This document shows positions 25,344 to 33,700 of a DNA stretch of 34,521 nt, one piece after another. The DNA is taken from contig DASQPM010000132.1 of NCBI GenBank assembly GCA_035643935.1, forward strand, positions 1-34,521, read 5' to 3'. This stretch comes from Pyrinomonadaceae bacterium. Its GTDB lineage: Bacteria; Acidobacteriota; Blastocatellia; Pyrinomonadales; Pyrinomonadaceae. The translations under genes and the position numbers were made by a program. The notes below the pieces were generated by a model. The model did not search any database. It was not told the origin of the DNA and saw only the letters and a program-made list of their open reading frames with translations. Every line of letters begins with the position of its first letter. Positions within the stretch are counted from its first letter, which is position 1.

Positions 25344-25402
25344 ATTGCAAATTCCTTGTACCTGAGGTTAAGTCGCTTGCGCCTGAACGCTCTCACCGTT
25401 GG

Positions 25403-25954
25403 TCACGGCCGGAAGATTGAAGAGTCGGCCAACCGGAACGCGTATTCGGCGGTCACCCACATGGAAGCAGGTTGGCCATCTTTCATCGCTGGTTTGAATT
25501 GAATCTTGCAGGCGGCCCTTATCGCATTTTCGGTAAGTCCGCCCGGCAATCCCTTCATAACCCTGATGCGCGACACTTTGCCGTCGGCCGCCAATAAAAG
25601 TTTCAAGGCAACGAAACCCTGAATGCCATTGCGCCTCGCCTCGCGGGTATAGTCAGGTTGCGGTTTTTTGGTTATCTGCGCTCGCACGTCAGCTTCTTTA
25701 GCAGAGACAATTCTCTCGGTTGCATCACCAGCATCAAGGATTCGAGCCAGACCATTATCATCTGTGCAACGGTAATCCTGATTTTTCTCTGCGGTAACCG
25801 GCGGCGGTTCGCCTTGCTCGGTCTTTGCTGACGGCGTTGCTTCCTCGACCGGGGCGGGAACAGGCGAGGTAATCGGTTTCGCACGCCGCCCTGATTGCGA
25901 GAAGACGAGCGAACTAAAAACAAGAATTGCGGTGAACCAGATGCCGAGCTTCAT
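25403..25954 (-). CDS. TonB C-terminal-domain protein (energy transducer TonB family)
   Basis: The N-terminal membrane anchor is MKLGIWFTAILVFSSLVF, followed by a Pro/Glu-rich linker. The TonB_C signature is PDYTREARRNGIQGFVALKLLLAADGKVSRIRVMKGLPGGLTENAIRAA. The ATG at 25954 is preferred over the track start at 26020. Confidence 0.8.
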   Translation of the reverse strand: MKLGIWFTAILVFSSLVFSQSGRRAKPITSPVPAPVEEATPSAKTEQGEPPPVTAEKNQDYRCTDDNGLARILDAGDATERIVSAKEADVRAQITKKPQPDYTREARRNGIQGFVALKLLLAADGKVSRIRVMKGLPGGLTENAIRAACKIQFKPAMKDGQPASMWVTAEYAFRLADSSIFRP

Positions 25955-26030
25955 TACGGGTGGATTGTAACAAGGGGCGTAAAAGTGGAAAAGACCGGAA
26001 CGAACCAGGACAGAAACCAATCGCTTGAAT

Positions 26031-26063
26031 ATGAAAAGCGGGCCGCTCGAAAGAGGGGCCCGC
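26031..26063 (-). terminator. Rho-independent terminator downstream of the ferredoxin gene
   Basis: On the minus strand the hairpin is GCGGGCCcctctttcgagcGGCCCGC (7-bp GC stem, plus-strand coordinates 26038-26063), followed by TTTTCAT. It begins about 30 nt after the fdxA stop. Confidence 0.6.
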
Positions 26064-26095
26064 CTTTATTAGGTCAATTTACTTGTTGGTTTCAA

Positions 26096-26395
26096 TTACT
26101 CTTCGGGACCGGTGCAGGTTGGCCCATGCAATGCCGGTATTTTTTGACTGATAACCGGATAGTTTGGAGCTTCATCGATATTGATCTGCGTCCAATGAGC
26201 ATAGTTTTCCGGAACGTTCGTGTCGGCGAAAATCGCTTCTACCGGACATTCAGGCACGCAAGCATCGCAATCGATACAAGTGTCGGCGTTGATGTAAAGA
26301 CGATCCGGGAGTTCGTGAAATGCTTCTACCGGACAAACAGCCGCGCAGTCGGTGTATTTGCAATCAACGCATAACTCAACAACTACATAGGTCAT
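26096..26395 (-). CDS. fdxA: 7Fe (3Fe-4S plus 4Fe-4S) ferredoxin, Azotobacter FdxA type
   Basis: It reads MTYVVVELCVDCKYTDCAAVCPVEAFHE...CIDCDACVPECPVEAIF. This matches the CxxCxxxxCxxxCP ... CxxCxxCxxxCP cluster pattern. An AGGAG Shine-Dalgarno sequence lies 10 nt upstream of the ATG at 26395. The track start at 26434 is upstream of that Shine-Dalgarno sequence. Confidence 0.9.
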   Translation of the reverse strand: MTYVVVELCVDCKYTDCAAVCPVEAFHELPDRLYINADTCIDCDACVPECPVEAIFADTNVPENYAHWTQINIDEAPNYPVISQKIPALHGPTCTGPEE

Positions 26396-26470
26396 TGGCG
26401 CAATAAGCTCCTTTCGAAGATGGCAAATAGTCATTCAGCAGGTAGTCGAATGTCAACAGGAAAAACGCAA

Positions 26471-26743
26471 CTCGTGAATCGTAAATCGTGAATCGTAAAT
26501 CGTAAGAGCGAAGAGCGAAGAGCCATGTGGTAAATAACTCAAGGCTAACAGTCTCTCAGGTCGGGAAGGGTGGTTTACCCCCGCTCGTTGAATGCCACTC
26601 AAACAAAGCGGGGGCAAGCCACCCTTCCAAACCATGAGACATTCCAGCTTGAATCGTGAATCGCGAATTAATGTTGAGCATCTTCGGAAGGCGTTGGCAA
26701 AAGCAAAGCACGTTCTATTTACGATTCACGATTGACGATTTAC
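26471..26743. repeat. Composite nest of repeat families B (octamer arrays), a GAGCGAA heptamer run, and two abutting family A ends
   Basis: The components, left to right, are:
- CTCGTGAATCGTAAATCGTGAATCGTAAATCGTAAG (26471-26505).
- AGAGCGAAGAGCGAAGAGC (26505-26523).
- A family A right end, GGGAAGGGTGGTTTACCCCCGCTC (26563-26586), facing a left end, GCGGGGGCAAGCCACCCTTCC (26608-26628).
- GAATCGTGAATCGCGAATTA (26651-26670).
- The inverted array ATTTACGATTCACGATTGACGATTTAC (26717-26743). Confidence 0.8.
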
Positions 26744-26746
26744 TAG

Positions 26747-27433
26747 TTAGCTTCCTTCTGCTGCTTTTTTCTCGACCGAGCCTGGTCCATTCACGGTCTT
26801 AGTTAAAACCGGATCGCCCTGGTAGGTCACGTGCGATGGTCCCGAGACGGTCACTTCCAGTTGCTCAATAACATTCACATCGACGCGCGCAACGCCTTTT
26901 GCTTCAACCAGGCCGCGCGACGCGCGCAACTTGTGCGCGTCAATTTTGCCGGCGCCGTTGGTATCGATATCCAGGAGCTTCGTTTCTCCTGCCACCCTGA
27001 TGGTGGTAGCGCCATTGGCATCGATTTCAAAATTGTCGTTATTTATTCCGGCTATATCGAGTTTACCGGCGCCCGAAACTGAGACGCCTTCGAGATTAGG
27101 CAGCGAAATCTTGACTTTGACGGGATCGTTCACCGAGTAACCGCGATGACTTCTAATGTGCAATACGTTGTTGGCAACTTCAGTAGTGATCAGCGGCAGC
27201 AGATTGTCGTCAGCCTCTACTTCGATGCTTTGCGGTTTTTGACAAACGACATCAATGTCGAAAGCGCCCTCCGTGGCGATCGAGGTGAATGATGCAACTT
27301 CGCGCTTTTGTTTCAGCCGGACGCCTGAGCCCCTGATCTCGTCGTGTATTTGGAAATGGCAGCCGGAGAAAAGAAAGATGAGCGCGCTAACTAACAACAA
27401 ATACGTTCTTCGCTTAGTGAAGCTGTACATCAT
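26747..27433 (-). CDS. Lipoprotein with a DUF2807-like (head GIN / putative adhesin beta-helix) domain
   Basis: The lipobox is LIFLFSGC. Repetitive beta-strand-like segments (VSGAGKLDIAG, ANGATTIRVAG, TNGAGKIDAH, AKGVARVDVN) are typical of DUF2807. Confidence 0.7.
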   Translation of the reverse strand: MMYSFTKRRTYLLLVSALIFLFSGCHFQIHDEIRGSGVRLKQKREVASFTSIATEGAFDIDVVCQKPQSIEVEADDNLLPLITTEVANNVLHIRSHRGYSVNDPVKVKISLPNLEGVSVSGAGKLDIAGINNDNFEIDANGATTIRVAGETKLLDIDTNGAGKIDAHKLRASRGLVEAKGVARVDVNVIEQLEVTVSGPSHVTYQGDPVLTKTVNGPGSVEKKAAEGS

Positions 27434-27466
27434 GTGTTGGACACCTCATTCCCATCTCAGCAATGG

Positions 27467-27922
27467 TTAACGCGGCGGTTCGTTGCGTGAGTACTCGAGC
27501 GTCCGTGTTGTGTTCTCCGTCACGCTCGGCACCGCTTCCTGTAAGACGCGCGCTGGGGCCGCACGAAGCTCGTTTGGTATTGTCGCCGGTGGTGGCGCGG
27601 AAATGTGTTTGGGTTCTTTGCTGCCTATGAGTTTTGATAACTGTCTCGCCAAAAAGAATTCGGTGACGCACAGGATGAAGAAGGTGAAGAACATGAACAT
27701 GCCGACCACGTCTTCACCAAGGGCGGCATCTCGTTTTAGCGTGAGCGCACCGCCTAACATTATGCCGAGTCCGACGATTGCAATGAGCGTAATCGCGATT
27801 AAGAAAGCCGTGATCGCGCCTGTCTTCGTGACGGGTTCGGTGCGCTCTTTCAAACTCGCGCCGCAGCGATTACAAAAACTGAGACCCGGCGTGATCGTCG
27901 TGCCGCAAGTTGAACAGAACAT
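27467..27922 (-). CDS. Zinc-ribbon membrane protein
   Basis: The N-terminus is MFCSTCGTTITPGLSFCNRCGASL (CxxC-x10-CxxC), followed by two hydrophobic helices. A GGAAGGA Shine-Dalgarno sequence lies upstream. The gene ends 33 nt upstream of the DUF2807 gene on the same strand. Confidence 0.7.
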   Translation of the reverse strand: MFCSTCGTTITPGLSFCNRCGASLKERTEPVTKTGAITAFLIAITLIAIVGLGIMLGGALTLKRDAALGEDVVGMFMFFTFFILCVTEFFLARQLSKLIGSKEPKHISAPPPATIPNELRAAPARVLQEAVPSVTENTTRTLEYSRNEPPR

Positions 27923-28054
27923 AGAGATTCCTTCCGCCTAAATGTTTGAAAAGAGTCTGTATAGAGAAACGGCTGCGACGGCAGGCAAGTTCCGCCATTT
28001 TCGCCCCATTCTACTTAGAACAAAGAGCTAGGGGCAAAGTGCTGGGGAGCAAAG

Positions 28055-28120
28055 GTAGGACAGACATTCCTGTCTGTCCATTCTTTCAAGAAAAGTGACA
28101 GGCAGGAATGCCTGTCCTAC
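28055..28120. repeat. BIME-like pair of inverted REP hairpins, family C
   Basis: GTAGGACAGACattcctGTCTGTCC (28055-28079) and GACAGGCaggaatGCCTGTCCTAC (28097-28120) are in opposite orientation, separated by 17 nt. They are flanked by GCAAAG/CTTTGC-rich imperfect inverted sequence. Confidence 0.85.
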
Positions 28121-28164
28121 CTTCGCTCTTTGCCCTTTGCGCTGCACGAATTACAATTCGAGGA

Positions 28165-29022
28165 ATGGCTTTGATCAGGAACATTTCCGATACGGCCCTG
28201 CTCGCTGCTGTTTATCGCGCCCGCGAGTCGGAACGGGCTGACCCGCTTTTCCGCGATCCATTTGCCCGCCGCCTGGCCGGCGAGCGTGGTGAAGAGATAG
28301 CGCGCTCGCTTGTTTTCAGCGAAAAAAATTCCTGGTCCTGGTTTACGCGCACATATGTTTTCGATCAAGTGATCAGCAAAGAGATCGCCGCGGGCTGCGA
28401 CATGATAGTTAACCTGGCGGCGGGACTCGATGCTCGTCCCTATCGCCTGACTCTGCCAGCGTCCTTGAAATGGGTTGAAGTCGATTTGCCCGAGATAACC
28501 GATTACAAGCAAGAACTGTTAAAAGATGAACAGCCACGCTGTGCGCTCGAGCGCGTAAGGCTTGATCTTGCTGATACGGCGGCACGCCGCGAGCTCTTTG
28601 CTAAGCTCGCCGCTGACGCGCGACAGGCGCTGATCATTAGCGAAGGTTTGATTGTCTATCTGACGGCTGAAGAAGTCGGCGCGCTTGCAAAAGATCTCTC
28701 TGCCGAAAGATCGTTCAAGCACTGGCTGCTCGACCTTGCTTCACCAGCTTTGCTCAAGCTGATGCAAAAGAAGATGGGCAAACCGCTGGAGCAGGCCGAT
28801 GCACCGCTGAAATTTGGCCCCGAAGAAGGGCCCGATTTCTTCAAGCCTTACGGTTGGCGATTAATGGAAGCACATTCGATGTTTCATACTGCCGGGAAAA
28901 TGAAACGTCTGCCGCTCTTGTTTAGCTTTTTCTATCATCTGCAAAAGTCGCAAGCATTTCAGGCAAAACGTCCCTGGAGCGGCGCCTGCTTATTCGAAAA
29001 CGCTTCGAGAACCAATAGCTAA
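28165..29022 (+). CDS. Class I SAM-dependent methyltransferase (leucine carboxyl methyltransferase / TIGR00027-like O-methyltransferase family)
   Basis: It has ISDTALLAAVYRARESERADPLFRDPFARRLAG and NLAAGLDARPYRL. The track start at 28108 is the ATG in a REP loop, so ATG 28165 is preferred. Confidence 0.8.
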   Translation: MALIRNISDTALLAAVYRARESERADPLFRDPFARRLAGERGEEIARSLVFSEKNSWSWFTRTYVFDQVISKEIAAGCDMIVNLAAGLDARPYRLTLPASLKWVEVDLPEITDYKQELLKDEQPRCALERVRLDLADTAARRELFAKLAADARQALIISEGLIVYLTAEEVGALAKDLSAERSFKHWLLDLASPALLKLMQKKMGKPLEQADAPLKFGPEEGPDFFKPYGWRLMEAHSMFHTAGKMKRLPLLFSFFYHLQKSQAFQAKRPWSGACLFENASRTNS

Positions 29023-29036
29023 TAACTGACTGCTTT

Positions 29037-30086
29037 ATGCTCCTAATAATCGTACTTGTTCGCATTGCCCTCAGCGTGGTGTTTAGCCTTGCTGGAGTCA
29101 CCAAGCTGATGGATCAGCCCGGCACGCGCGAAGCCGTGAAGAATTTCGGCGCGCCGAATGCAATTGCGCCCGCCGTCGCTTTTGTCCTTCCTTTTATTGA
29201 GCTGGCGATTGCCGTCGGTCTGTTGTTCAGTGAGACGACCGTTGTTAGCTCAATCGCCGGGATATTGCTTCTCGGCCTGTTCGTCATAGCTATCAGCGTC
29301 AACCTCGCGCGGGGCCGAACGCACGATTGCCACTGCTTCGGCCAACTCTATTCGCGACCCCTGGGATGGCCCACGCTGCTGCGCAACATCATTTTCATGT
29401 TGGGCGCCGGCTTTGTTCTCTGGCAAGCAGCACTCGCCGCTAGTCCGAAAATTGTCTCGACCCTGGCCACGCTCAGCGCTGCCGGCTGGACGGCGATCGC
29501 GATGGCAGTGGCGGGGATGTTAGCGGTGTTTCTTTATCTTCAGCAGCGCCACCGTAAAGCGCTTGCAGCGGCGGTTGGACCTGAGGGCCTGCCGATCGAT
29601 TCCATCGCGCCCGACTTTGAATTGCCTGCATATCACGGTGGCAAAAAATCCCTCGCGCAGTTGCTCGATCATGGCAAACCGCTGCTGCTGTTGTTTACCA
29701 ATCCCCATTGTGGTCCATGCGTCGTGCTGTTTAAGGAAATCAAGGAGTGGCAGGACGCCCATCAGGATAAACTCACCATCGCGTTGATTTCTCGAGGGAC
29801 AATTAAAGAGAACTTCGTAAACGTGGCGCGCAATGGGTTGGGCGAAGTGCTTTTACAAAAAGAACGCGAGATTGGCGAAAAATACGGCGGGCTTGCAACT
29901 CCGACCGGAGTAGTTGTTAGTCCCGATGGTCGCATCGCCAGCCGTGTTGCCGCGGGCGCGGACGAGATACGCAATCTCTTGAGTAATGTGCTGGGCAACG
30001 CTAACGGTTCAAGCCATCATCACCCGGCCGCCACGGAAAATCCTGAGCAGGAATTTGTTGGTGAAACTGCTCAGCCAACGCATTAA
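29037..30086 (+). CDS. MauE/DoxX-family membrane protein fused to a thioredoxin-like (TlpA/AhpC-TSA) domain
   Basis: The N-terminal region has four or five hydrophobic helices with a MauE-like opening (SLAGVTKLMDQPGTREAVKNFG). The C-terminal region has PDFELPAYHGGKKSL...LLLFTNPHCGPCVVL, with a CGPC redox motif. Confidence 0.8.
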   Translation: MLLIIVLVRIALSVVFSLAGVTKLMDQPGTREAVKNFGAPNAIAPAVAFVLPFIELAIAVGLLFSETTVVSSIAGILLLGLFVIAISVNLARGRTHDCHCFGQLYSRPLGWPTLLRNIIFMLGAGFVLWQAALAASPKIVSTLATLSAAGWTAIAMAVAGMLAVFLYLQQRHRKALAAAVGPEGLPIDSIAPDFELPAYHGGKKSLAQLLDHGKPLLLLFTNPHCGPCVVLFKEIKEWQDAHQDKLTIALISRGTIKENFVNVARNGLGEVLLQKEREIGEKYGGLATPTGVVVSPDGRIASRVAAGADEIRNLLSNVLGNANGSSHHHPAATENPEQEFVGETAQPTH

Positions 30087-30145
30087 CAGTCTGCAAAAGC
30101 CCCTGCCTTCTTTACTATTCTCACCTGGAGATTTACGATCTCCAC

Positions 30146-30676
30146 ATGATTGGACGTCCCGAAGCAAACGAAGCTGCTCCCTATTACTCTCTCTACATCG
30201 ATCGCATAACCAGCGATGACATTGTTGCCGTGCTCGAGGGCCAACTGAGGGAAACGATCGACTTTTTGCGGCCTATTTCCGAAGAAAAATCGAGTTACCG
30301 TTACGCGGCCGACAAGTGGTCGATGCGACAGTTGCTGAACCACGTCAACGATACAGAGCGCGTTTTTCTTTTTCGCGCCTTCTGGTTTGCGCGCGGTTTT
30401 CCCGATGAGTTGCCAGGCTACGATCAGAATGTAGGAGCTGCTGCCGCCGATGCCGATGAGTTTTCCTGGGCAAGTCACATCGACGACTTTCGCGCCGTGC
30501 GCGAGGCTACGCTCACCTTCTTCCGAAATCTGCCTGACAATGCGTGGTCGCGCAGCGGCATTGCCAGCGGCAATCGAGTTACGGTGCGCGCGCTCGCGTA
30601 CATTCTCGCCGGACACGTCGCCCACCACACTGCGGTGCTCAAGGAAAAATATCTGACGAACACAGCGCGCGTTTGA
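30146..30676 (+). CDS. DinB-family (DinB_2) metal-dependent protein
   Basis: It has GRPEANEAAPYYSLYI, a WSMRQLLNHVNDTERVFLFR helix with a conserved His, and a C-terminal ILAGHVAHHTAVLKEKY. The fully overlapping minus-strand ORF 30083..30829 has no recognisable features. Confidence 0.8.
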   Translation: MIGRPEANEAAPYYSLYIDRITSDDIVAVLEGQLRETIDFLRPISEEKSSYRYAADKWSMRQLLNHVNDTERVFLFRAFWFARGFPDELPGYDQNVGAAAADADEFSWASHIDDFRAVREATLTFFRNLPDNAWSRSGIASGNRVTVRALAYILAGHVAHHTAVLKEKYLTNTARV

Positions 30677-30697
30677 ACTAGTGATCTGAGTTAGTGG

Positions 30698-30751
30698 CAT
30701 AGACTTTAGTCTGTGTCCTGTTACGAAACCACAGACTAAAGTCTGTGCTAC
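30698..30751. repeat. Inverted pair of REP-like hairpins (family I: CACAGAC-TAAA-GTCTGTG-CTAC)
   Basis: CATAGACtttaGTCTGTG (30698-30715) and CACAGACtaaaGTCTGTGCTAC (30730-30751) are in opposite orientation. They lie 25 nt upstream of the kinase ATG. Confidence 0.75.
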
Positions 30752-30776
30752 TTCGAAAAAAAGATTCGGTAATAAG

Positions 30777-33700
30777 ATGATTGACGATTCGCAAGACACT
30801 CGCATCCTTAGTCGCGACGAAATCGTCAACAGCGCGATCGTTCCCGGGTCGATACTCCGCGAGCGCTACCGGCTTGATAGTGAAATCGGCCGCGGCGGCA
30901 TGGGCATTGTTTATCGCGCCACCGATCTGGAATTACATCGCGAAGTTGCCGTGAAAGTATTGCCGACTGCAACTTCCTCCACGGAAGCTCGCCAGCGCCT
31001 GTTGCGCGAGGCGCGCGCCGCTGCGGCGCTCAATCATCCGCACATCATCTCAGTTCACGACATTGGCGAGGCGAATGGCGCTCCCTACTTTGTTATGGAA
31101 CTGGTGCTGGGTCCCAGTCTCGCAAAAGCGCGACCGGCAGAACTGTCGCGCATCGTCGATATCGCCTGCCAACTGTGCGCCGCGCTGGAACATGCACACG
31201 CCAACAGCATAGTTCATCGCGATCTGAAACCTGACAACGTGTTGTTGTCCATCTCGAGCAACAACGGCAGCGTGAAGCTTGCCGATCTTGGCCTGGCTTT
31301 GCCCGCTGACGGTGCCCGCATCTCGCGAGCAGGAGTGATTGTCGGCACGGCCGCCTACATGGCGCCTGAGCAGGCGTTGGGCCAGGCAGTCGATGGTCGC
31401 ACCGACCTCTATGCGCTGGGCGTTCTGCTTTATGAAATGACGACGGGCCGGCTGCCATTTATTGGCGACGATCCACTTTCAGTTGTCTCGCAACATGTAC
31501 ACGCTTCGGTTGTGCCGCCGAAGGTGCTACGTCCCGATCTGCCGCGCGCGCTTGAAGCAGTCATCCTGCGTTTACTGGCAAAAGATCCGGCACAACGTTT
31601 TTCAACTGCAGCGGAAACTGCAACTGCACTGCGCGATTCACTAACGGCCGAGGAAAAAATAACTGACGAAGATGGTGCGGACACGGTCGCGATTCTCGAT
31701 GCGCTTTCGCGTGGTCGCCTGGTGGGCCGCGCGACTGAACTGATCCAGGCGATCGAGCTTTGGCATCATGCCCGCGAAGGCCATGGACACGCGGTACTCT
31801 TTAGCGGCGAGCCTGGCGCCGGCAAGACGCGGCTGGCGCGCGAAGTTACGATCCAGGCATCCGTGGATGGCGCGGTTGTTTTGTCAGGCGGTTGCTATGA
31901 ATACGAAGCAACCACTCCCTATCTCCCTTTCGTTGAAGCCTTTCGTCGTTTGCTCCGCGAAGAGAAGGACGATGCGGCGTTGCGATTGAAACTTGGCGAT
32001 GACGCGCAGCAGATCGCGAAACTCGCTCCCGAAATTCAAACTCGGCTTGGTCCATTTCCCGAGCGCGTGGAACTGCCGCCACACGAAGAGCGCCTTCTCT
32101 TTTTCGACGCGGTCGTTAAGGTTTTTGTGAATCTCGCCGGTCCAAAGGGCCTGCTGTTTTATGCGGACGATTTGCACTGGGCCGACCGCAGCACTCTTTG
32201 GCTGCTGGGCCATTTGTTGCGCCAACTGCGCGAGGAGCGCGTGCTAATCCTCGGCGCTTATCGTGAGACTGAACTGGACCGGGCCCACCCGCTGGCCAAA
32301 TCTTTGGTTGACTGGAATCGCGAACGGCTGGTGACGCGCATCGCACTCAAACGTTTTGACGCGGCCGAAACTTCGGCGCAACTCGGCGCGCTGCTCGGCG
32401 AAAATGTAAGTGGTGATTTCACCGATGCCGTTTTTCGCGAGACCGAGGGCAACCCTTTCTTCGTTGAAGAAGTACTGAAGGCGCTAATCGAAAAGGGTTC
32501 AGTGCGTCGCGAAAGTGGCCGCTGGCAACGCTGCGACATCGATCAACTCGTCATTCCGCAAAGCATGAAAGAAGCCATTGGCAGCCGCCTTGATCGCGTT
32601 AGTCAGGAAGCGAACGAAGTTTTGCGCGCAGGCGCCGTGCTGGGGAAAACGTTCACTTTTGCCGAGTTACAGTCAGCATCCGGAGAGCAGAGTGAAGACG
32701 CGCTGCTTGACGCGTTGGATGAAGCCGTCGGCGCACAACTGATCGCAGCAGATCGCAGCGACTCGTTTACTTTTACTCACGACAAGATCCGCGAAGTGCT
32801 CTACGAGGAGTTGAATCCAATTCGCCGCCGCCGCTTGCATCGACAGGCCGCTGAAGGTTTGGAACGTTCGCGCAGCACGACCTCCCATTGCGCCGTGGAG
32901 AAGTTGGCCCACCATTACATTCAGGCTGGAGATTACGAGCGGGGCCTCAACTATGCGAAGCAGGCCGCGGCCGAAGCCGAGCGTGTTTTTGCTTTTGACG
33001 AAGCGATTGCAGCTTACGGTCGCGCGCGCGATTGTGCCGAGGCGCTGGGATTGGTAGAGGAACAACTGGCCCAGGAAGAGGCGATCGGGAAATCGTACCT
33101 GCTGCATGGCGACCTGATTCCCGCCAGCGAGCATTTTGAACACGCACTTGCTCTCACTACCGAGCCGGCTGTGCGCGCGCGCTTGCAATGTCAGGCGGCT
33201 GCGTCGCTGGTAGCAACGGGAAACCCGCGTGGGCTCGAACACATACGCGAAGCACTGGCAGTGCTAAACCCGGAAACCAATCCGCTGGAGACTGCAAACG
33301 CATTATCAATTGAAGGACGCTTTCATCACCTGGCCGGCCGTCATGGAAAAGCGATCGAGTTGCTCGAGCGAGCGGCTGACCTGGTTGCGCCGACCGCAGC
33401 GGCAGATACTGTTTCAACGTTTGCAGCCCCGATGATTTCGAATGTTTACGCCTATCTCGCGGGAGGCTATCAGCATTCGGGACTTTTCGACGATGCCGAT
33501 CGCTGGGCCCGCCGGACTATAGAATTTGGTGTTGCTCATAACATTCAATTTGCTCAGGCAATAGGCTATGAGTTTCTCGGCGAAGACGCAGTGCACAAAG
33601 GGGAGTATCAAAAGGGCCTCGAATACGCAGCGCATGAGCTTGAGATTGTAGAAAAGCTACACTCGCGCGAACGGCGCGCGTGGACATATCTCGTTTCCTC

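Noticed and set aside
26453-26635. A 60-aa ORF (…TIYDSRFTIHELRFSC) in the repeat nest, together with ORFs 18830..19117, 19161..19478 and the N-terminal extension of 17923..18981.
   Set aside because: These are translations of the octamer arrays, family A/G repeats or REP loops (IHDL, MENGKCKM and MPVL peptides), not genes.
26471-26743. Possible CRISPR array, suggested by the closely spaced short direct repeats at 26471-26743 and 17903-17991.
   Set aside because: The units are only 7-8 nt and directly abut with no unique spacers. The arrays occur in inverted orientation. No cas genes are present.
30083-30829. A 248-aa minus-strand ORF that completely overlaps the DinB-family gene and the REP pair.
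   Set aside because: It has no recognisable motifs and a low-complexity composition. Its N-terminal part translates the REP hairpins (AQTLVCG...HRLKS). The opposite strand encodes a clear DinB_2 protein.
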